NCBI GenBank assembly: GCA_013331805.1
Contig: DUFS01000041.1
Coordinates: 1-14,025 of the forward strand
DNA: 14,025 nt
Reading direction: 5' to 3'
Source: Candidatus Micrarchaeota archaeon
Lineage (GTDB): Archaea > Micrarchaeota > Micrarchaeia > Anstonellales > Anstonellaceae
Part shown: positions 9,085-14,025 of the stretch, one piece after another
Layout of the letters: the number at the start of each line of letters is the position of its first letter
Numbering within the stretch: the first letter of the stretch is position 1
Made by a program: the position numbers and the translations under genes
The notes under the pieces: model-generated
Told to the model about the DNA's origin: nothing
The model's input: only the letters and a program-made list of their open reading frames with translations
Database searches by the model: none

Positions 9085-10543
9085 GGAAATTCCTCTTCCA
9101 GGCGGTCTTCATTATCGCGTCCGTGAGGATGGCGCGGTTTTCCGAAAGGGCTATGTCCATCACTTCAGATGCCGCCTCCGAGTACTCCGTATCCTCCTTT
9201 GCCTCGAAATTCACAAGCACGCGCTCGATTTCCTTTCCCACCCCGTTCGGAAGCCTGGAGAGGTTCTTCCTGCAAAGGTAGCGGGTGGAGTCCGAAATGT
9301 CCTCGTCAAATGCAACGTACATGGTCCGCACGGCATCCAGCTCATTTTCTGACAAAGCGGAAAGACCGAGCAATTCGGGCGGAAGGCCAATCGAGTAAAG
9401 CGCGGAACAGAATGGAATGGCACGGGGCAGGGACAGGCCATGCATGGAGCGGGAGTAGCCGAAAAGCCCGATGTGGAGCTTCCTTGCCCGCCTGGAGGGG
9501 TTGTAGCGCGAAAGGGTGTGAATGAGCTGAGAGAGCAATGTCACTTCCTTCTGGTACTGGCGGCTGGTCTTGTCGATTATCCTGTTTGCGGTCTCCTCAT
9601 CCACGAAAAGCGGCTTCCCCCTTTTTGCCTCGCTGATTTCCTGCACGCCCTTCCTCACCACGCTTTCAGGGTAATCGTACTTGAACGAGGACTGGAGCGT
9701 GAAGGTCTGGACAGAGGGGTATTCCTTGAGGCAGTTTGCGGCGTTAGTGGGCTTCAAATTTCCCCTGAAGGGCGCCGAGCCCACCCCGATGATCGGCAGG
9801 ATCTCAACAGATGATTTCTTTTCAAGTACGTGGAGCTTTTGCAGGCATACCTTGTTCAAAAGCACAGCGGCTAATGATCCGTAGTTCAGCGCAGGGTCGC
9901 TCCTTGCAAGGAACACCCTCTGGCGCTCGAACCTTTTCCCCTCGATGAATCCGCCTACAATATTGTCCGCGCCGCTCAACGCCTCCCTGTTTTCCACAAG
10001 GGGGATCAGGCGTATCTCCTCTGGGGCAAAGGCGCCCACCCACTCGGAGACCGTGATGTCGCCCACCTTGGTATTCTTTTTGCCCACAACCACTTTCTTG
10101 TAATAGTCGTAAATCCTTTCCAGCTCCATAGAGGAGCAGCACATTGGCAGGATCACCTCCCAGATGGGAGGGGAGCTTTCCCCGGAGGCGGATGCAATGT
10201 CGAAATTCCTGGGAATTGATTCCAGCGTCTCAAGGAGGATCTTCCCTTGCGTTTTTTCCACGTTGGGGTTGGGCACCCGCAAGGTCAGGTAGCAGTCTGA
10301 GCCGAGCTTGTTCTCAGAGAAGAATTTCGGGTAGCGGGACAGGAGCTTTTCCACCACGTGGTTGTCCACTTCCTTGCCTTCGCAGTCCCACATCTGCTCC
10401 CGTATCCCCAGGTGGGAAAAAACGTAGTACGTTTCCTTGATTTCGGTCTCGCCTGCGAGGATTTCGCTGTCAGAGAAAAAGGGCGAATTCACATTGTCGG
10501 GGTGCTGCGTGCTCATGCATCTTGATACCGCGCCTTTTTCCAT
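9077..10543 (-). CDS. ppcA: Archaeal-type phosphoenolpyruvate carboxylase
   Basis: 'MSTQHPDN', 'MWDCEGK', 'RVFLARSDPALNYG', 'GVGSAPFRG' and 'LPRAI'. The 488-aa length is typical of PpcA. Confidence 0.96.
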   Translation of the reverse strand: MEKGAVSRCMSTQHPDNVNSPFFSDSEILAGETEIKETYYVFSHLGIREQMWDCEGKEVDNHVVEKLLSRYPKFFSENKLGSDCYLTLRVPNPNVEKTQGKILLETLESIPRNFDIASASGESSPPIWEVILPMCCSSMELERIYDYYKKVVVGKKNTKVGDITVSEWVGAFAPEEIRLIPLVENREALSGADNIVGGFIEGKRFERQRVFLARSDPALNYGSLAAVLLNKVCLQKLHVLEKKSSVEILPIIGVGSAPFRGNLKPTNAANCLKEYPSVQTFTLQSSFKYDYPESVVRKGVQEISEAKRGKPLFVDEETANRIIDKTSRQYQKEVTLLSQLIHTLSRYNPSRRARKLHIGLFGYSRSMHGLSLPRAIPFCSALYSIGLPPELLGLSALSENELDAVRTMYVAFDEDISDSTRYLCRKNLSRLPNGVGKEIERVLVNFEAKEDTEYSEAASEVMDIALSENRAILTDAIMKTAWKRNFLG

Positions 10544-10647
10544 AATCCGACCCGGACAAGTTCGTTGCCTAAAAGTTTTTATATCTCTGCGCAGAATTAA
10601 GGGCAGTCAAGTCGATTATGGGTAAACAAGCGACTGGGGGTTTGTAC

Positions 10648-11169
10648 ATGGCATTTCACAAAGCAGGTCAGGGGGCAATTGAGTGCTGCTCCGGCAGCAC
10701 TGCTCGCACCTTATCAGGCCAAGGCGCGACCGAGTATCTCATAATGCTGGCTGCGATCCTAATTATCGCGCTGGTGGCGCTTGCGCTTCTGGGCTTCTTC
10801 CCCGGGATATCCTCGGATGCCAAGGTATCGCAATCCGCATCCTACTGGCGGAGCGAGGCAAAGCCGCTTTCGATTTTGGAGCACCAGGTCACAGCAGGCG
10901 GCGAAATGACGCTTGTTCTCCTGAACGTGGATGCCAGCGGCACCATAAGGCTGAAAAACGTGACCGTGGGCGACACTTTCAATGACTCGTTCGGAGCCAC
11001 GGGCTTCAGGTTCGGGCCCGGCGAGCAGCGCACAATCCGCATCTCTGACCTTGAGGGGGGCGACGCGGGCACCATGTACGAATTCCCGCTGAACTTCACT
11101 TACGTAAGCGTGAACGGGGTTACCACGACGCAGTACGGGGTCAAGACGCTGGTAGGCAAGTATTCGTAA
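10648..11169 (+). CDS. Class III signal peptide-containing (pilin-like) protein
   Basis: G|QGATEYL followed by a hydrophobic helix (LIMLAAILIIALVALALLGFFPG) and a beta-rich C-terminal domain. ATG at 10648 has GGGGGT SD; the ORF is open from 10618. Confidence 0.85.
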   Translation: MAFHKAGQGAIECCSGSTARTLSGQGATEYLIMLAAILIIALVALALLGFFPGISSDAKVSQSASYWRSEAKPLSILEHQVTAGGEMTLVLLNVDASGTIRLKNVTVGDTFNDSFGATGFRFGPGEQRTIRISDLEGGDAGTMYEFPLNFTYVSVNGVTTTQYGVKTLVGKYS

Positions 11170-11305
11170 AAATAAGACGGGCACAAGGGGGACCAGCAGG
11201 TTATGGTCAGCCAAACGTCCATTCAAAATGGGAATGGACGCAGCCATCGTTCAGAAGCGCAAGCAGGACATCTCGGATTTGTGGAACGCCAGCCGAGGCT
11301 TCGAG

Positions 11306-11344
11306 AAAGCCTTTTAAACAGTTTTAATCACTTTCTACAACAAT
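11306..11344 (+). promoter_or_regulatory. Promoter copy 1 of a 39-bp direct repeat (BRE-like AAAG + TTTTAAA)
   Basis: 36/39 identical to 12002-12040. Lies directly upstream of the 11343 ORF. Confidence 0.75.
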
Positions 11345-11990
11345 GGGTGTAGAGATGAAAATTGCCCAGAAAAGCAATGGCGACGGGATTGTGAAGGAAG
11401 TGAACAGTCTGCTTAGGGAAGCACGAAAAAACATCAGTACAAGGGAATTTTTCATAATCAAGGTCAGAAGCGAGATGGCTTTAATGCTCGCACACAAAGT
11501 CAATCACGGCTTTCCAAAAAAAATCCCTGAAAAAGTCAATGAAATTAAAGGACGGGTAATTATGGCTGAAGTAAAAAGCCTTCTTAGAGAAGCCCGAAAA
11601 AACGTCCAAAATGGGAATTCCACCAAGGCTTTGGACGACATAAGGTCTGCCAAAGAGCTTGCAGAGGGCGTCAATGGCCTGCCCAAGGAAATCGCTGAAA
11701 AAGTCAATGGGGTGTTTGAAAACGAAGTGGTTTTCCTTCTTGCCAAAGCCCGAAAAAGCGCCATTGGCAAGAAGCTGAAACTGGGGGCAGCCCTGTTGGA
11801 ATTAAAGGCTGCAAAAATACTCGCAGCCAATATCAATCATGGCTTGCAGGAAAAAGCCTCTGAAGAATTTGATGAAATCATATCCGATATACAATACATT
11901 TCCAATGGCGTCCGCGCCTCTTCTCTTAGGCGCCAGCCTTCCAATTCCTTCACAAGGCAAAAGACCATGGCAGACAAGGAGCACCAGTAA
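11343..11990 (+). CDS. Hypothetical alpha-helical protein with three ~55-aa internal repeats
   Basis: Repeats: EVNSLLREARKN...VNHGFPKKIPEKVN / EVKSLLREARKN...VNGLPKEIAEKVN / EVVFLLAKARKS...INHGLQEKASEEFD. Alternative start at 11355. Confidence 0.8.
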   Translation: MGVEMKIAQKSNGDGIVKEVNSLLREARKNISTREFFIIKVRSEMALMLAHKVNHGFPKKIPEKVNEIKGRVIMAEVKSLLREARKNVQNGNSTKALDDIRSAKELAEGVNGLPKEIAEKVNGVFENEVVFLLAKARKSAIGKKLKLGAALLELKAAKILAANINHGLQEKASEEFDEIISDIQYISNGVRASSLRRQPSNSFTRQKTMADKEHQ

Positions 11991-12001
11991 TGGCGGAATC
12001 A

Positions 12002-12040
12002 AAAGCCTTTTAAACAGTTTTAGTCACTTATTACAACAAT
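12002..12040 (+). promoter_or_regulatory. Promoter copy 2 of the 39-bp direct repeat
   Basis: aaagccttttaaacagttttagtcacttattacaacaat, 16 nt before the ATG at 12057. Confidence 0.75.
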
Positions 12041-12056
12041 AAGCAAGGGCGATAGC

Positions 12057-12471
12057 ATGATATCTGCTCAAAGTAATAAATCCCGCGCGCGGGCTTTCAT
12101 CCGAGAACAAGGAGCTTGCGCGCCGCATGGGAGTATCCGCGGGCAGCAAGCGCAAGGCGCTCAAGCTGATAAATCAGGTTCTCGTGATAAACTTGAATGG
12201 CTATAGTGAACTGACCAAGCTGGAAATATTAATCGGGCTGGCAAATGAGAAGGCGCACAAGCCAAACTTCGGGGAAAAAATGCTTGGGCTTAAGCACGAT
12301 AAGCTTGTCGCGGACCTGACCGGCTACCTTATGCAGGTCAAGCCTTCGCCAGATCAATCTCCAAAAGCTGATTTCACGCCGTTGCGAACGCCAAGGAAGC
12401 TTTATAAACTCACCCTATCTAATACAAACCCGCACGGGCCGGGAAACCGGGCAGAGACTGTGCAGGAATGA
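12057..12471 (+). pseudogene. Probable frameshifted orphan gene, possibly a paralogue of 11343-11990
   Basis: The ATG at 12057 after the duplicated promoter reads MISAQSNKSRARAFIRE and then loses frame. The +1 frame continues KELARRMGVS... as the 12127-12471 ORF, whose tail runs through the putative rRNA promoter. Confidence 0.45.
12394..12408 (+). promoter_or_regulatory. Putative 23S rRNA promoter (purine-rich BRE + TTTATAAA)
   Basis: AGGAAGC-TTTATAAA about 24 nt upstream of a GC-rich stem-loop (12432-12463) that begins the structured non-coding region. Confidence 0.6.
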
Positions 12472-12924
12472 GGAAGCAGTAATTCGCTCGTCAGGGCGAC
12501 ATCAGCGCTGGGTTCTATGCTCGGCTGCGATGGATTCACAAAATCGGACAATCCCTAATACCTTCTACCGCAAAATGCGGGCGAACGAAGGGAGACTTTA
12601 AAAGTCGCTATTTCTCTGCGCGGGGTTTTCGCGTCCGTTTGCATCATTGTTTCATGCTCATAAGAGATTATGGGGCGTGTTCCCCCCTTGGGGGAAGCGC
12701 GGCTGCGGCCTTTATCGGCTGGAGCCAACTTGCGCATAGGTGTTGAAGAGGCCGGATTCACACATGAAGGCTTTGGAGCGTATGCGGATTTCACGAGTAC
12801 GAAGAGAGCGACTGATACTCACAAATAAGAGTTCAAAAGTGTCTAAGAGATTAGACGCCAAGTATATGCAAGTTCTGCAACGCGCAAGCGTTGCAGAATT
12901 ATGCAACGATTCGTCGTTGCATAT
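12432..12924 (+). ncRNA. Structured non-coding leader (5' external transcribed spacer) of the 23S rRNA; may contain a separate RNA
   Basis: No credible ORF. Multiple hairpins with GAAA, GAGA, GCAA and UUCG tetraloops, and long-range complementarity between 12469-12489 and 12806-12821. Confidence 0.5.
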
Positions 12925-14025
12925 GTTACGCCATTCAGTGGATGACTAGGCTCAAGTAACACAGGGCCCCGCGGCAAGCAGCGAAATTCTCCGGGTAGGT
13001 GCAGGCAACCTTTGATCCGGAGGCAGGGCGGCGCACAGAAATGTGCTATCACCCCGAGAATTAAAACATTCTAGTAACGGGTGGAAAAGAAACCAATTGG
13101 GATTCGGCCAGTAAAGGTGATTGAACGCCGAACAGAGCGCACCGAATCCTGCGCAGCAATGTGCAGGAGATGTGGGGCGGAATATCCGCTTCCGGATTCG
13201 AGGTCGGCTGGAAAGCCGCGCCATAGAGGGTGAAAGCCCCGTAGTTCAACGGAAGCGGAGTGAAGCCAAGCGAGTAGTGCTCATTGGATATTGGGCACGA
13301 ATATGGGGGCACTAACCTCCAACTCTAAATATAACTTGAGACCGATAGCAAATTAGTAACGCGAGTGAAAGTTGAAAAGGAGCCCGAAAGGGCAGTGAAT
13401 AAGAACCTCAAACTGAATGGCTACAATTTGATGCAGCATGAAAGGGCACGACTGCCGAAGCGAGTGCGCGAAAGCGCATTAGCGAGGCGGGCATACCAGT
13501 GTTGCATCGTTCTTCTCGAAGCAAGAGCCAGGGAGTTGATGTTGCGTGGCGAGGCGAAAGCCGAAGCGAAAGCGAGCGGGCGCATCGCAAGAAAGGCCCG
13601 TCGTGCGAAAGCGCGAGCAGTCACGCTCATCAGACTTGAAGCCGATGTGAACTAAGCGAGCGCAGGTCGAAGCCAGCCTGACGGCTGGTGGAGGACCGCA
13701 ACCGATGCTAGTATATTCTGCTCGGGTGACGCGTGCTTAGGGGTGATAGTCCAATCGAACTCGGCAATTAACTTCTGTGACACATTTAGTTATTTTTCGT
13801 CATTGAAGTTTGCCAAAGCGAGTTCCTCCCGAAATGTCCCTCAGGACAGCGTCGGTCGAGATTGGCTGCGGGGTAGAGCACTGATCACGGGGATCGGTTT
13901 CGAAAGGAATCGCCTTGTTGTCAAACTCCGAATCTGCAGCCGTCGTAGAAGCCGGCAGTCGGGTTCTACTGGGTAAGCTAGTAGGCCATTACGGGAACGA
14001 CCGGGACCGGGGTTAAGGTCCCTAA
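12925..14025 (+). rRNA. rrl: 23S ribosomal RNA, 5' part (domain I and much of domain II; runs off the window end)
   Basis: Conserved segments GTGGATGACTAGGCTC, GAATTAAAACATTCTAGTA, GAGGGTGAAAGCCCCGTA, GACCGATAGC, GGGGTAGAGCACTGAT, GTCAAACTCCGAA and GGGGTTAAGGTCCCTAA. Helix 2 pairs GCCATTCAGT (12930-39) with ACTGAATGGC (13412-21). The 5' end is approximate. Confidence 0.97.
13769..13816 (+). other. 48-nt archaeal BHB-type intron in the 23S rRNA
   Basis: Central helix GGCA/TGCC, 3-nt bulges ATT and AAA, intron helix AACTTC/GAAGTT. Splicing gives CUCGGCAAU|AGCGAGUUCC, colinear with the archaeal consensus GCCGGAGAUAGCUGGUUCC. Confidence 0.85.

Noticed and set aside
89..10625. Numerous antisense and off-frame ORFs in the six-frame track (e.g. 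7397-8074, 950-1495, 3157-3687, 6434-6670)
   Set aside because: These are shadows of well-supported genes, with no motifs or start signals.
11216..11240. Hairpin CGTCCATTC...GAATGGACG and tiny ORFs downstream of the pilin gene
   Set aside because: Isolated stem-loop with no second copy or U-tract; insufficient support for a call.
11306..12040. CRISPR array or attachment sites from the 39-bp repeat
   Set aside because: Only two copies 696 bp apart, TATA-containing, with no cas or integrase gene in the window.
12494..12610. 5S rRNA-like start (GGCGAC...AGCG.TGGG) with a complementary GTCGCT about 115 nt later
   Set aside because: No partner for helix II, and no loop C CCGAAC or loop E motifs.
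12450..12610. Group I intron R element (CAGAGACTG) or hammerhead core (CTGACGA on the minus strand)
   Set aside because: No matching S element/P7 partner, and no GAAA after a stem II.
12795..12810. Sarcin-ricin loop-like AGTACGA, suggesting a permuted 23S gene
   Set aside because: It continues AGAGAG rather than GAGGA, and there is no flanking domain VI similarity.
12469..12835. RNase P RNA (GAGGAAG resembles CR-I; size about 330 nt)
   Set aside because: No P4-forming UCC/GGCUUA pair, and CR-II to CR-V are not found in order on either strand.
12555..13976. Short ORFs over the leader and 23S, including a possible intron-encoded protein (13743-13976)
   Set aside because: They overlap rRNA or structured RNA, show no LAGLIDADG or other motifs, and the intron is only 48 nt.

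Overview
Archaeal chromosomal window, most likely DPANN (Micrarchaeota-like). This is inferred from the archaeal ribosomal proteins L7Ae, S28e and L24e, the archaeal-type PEP carboxylase, a GQGATEYL class III signal-peptide protein, and a divergent, compacted 23S rRNA with no 16S upstream. It carries housekeeping genes (RPA-like OB-fold protein, PfkB kinase, NAD kinase, geranylgeranyl-reductase family, rpl7ae-rps28e-rpl24e-ndk operon, YdeN hydrolase, ppcA), a surface protein, a pilin-like protein, several orphans, and the first ~1.1 kb of a 23S rRNA gene. The most notable signals are RNA-structural: (1) a 48-nt bulge-helix-bulge (BHB) intron in the 23S whose removal restores the conserved AUAGC motif; (2) a ~500-nt structured pre-23S leader with a BHB-like long-range stem enclosing ~330 nt; (3) a kink-turn over the L7Ae Shine-Dalgarno; (4) a hairpin-containing 51-nt in-frame segment that duplicates the pilin cleavage motif; (5) a 39-bp duplicated promoter in front of two related orphan genes. 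All alignments and folds were done by eye against remembered consensus sequences.
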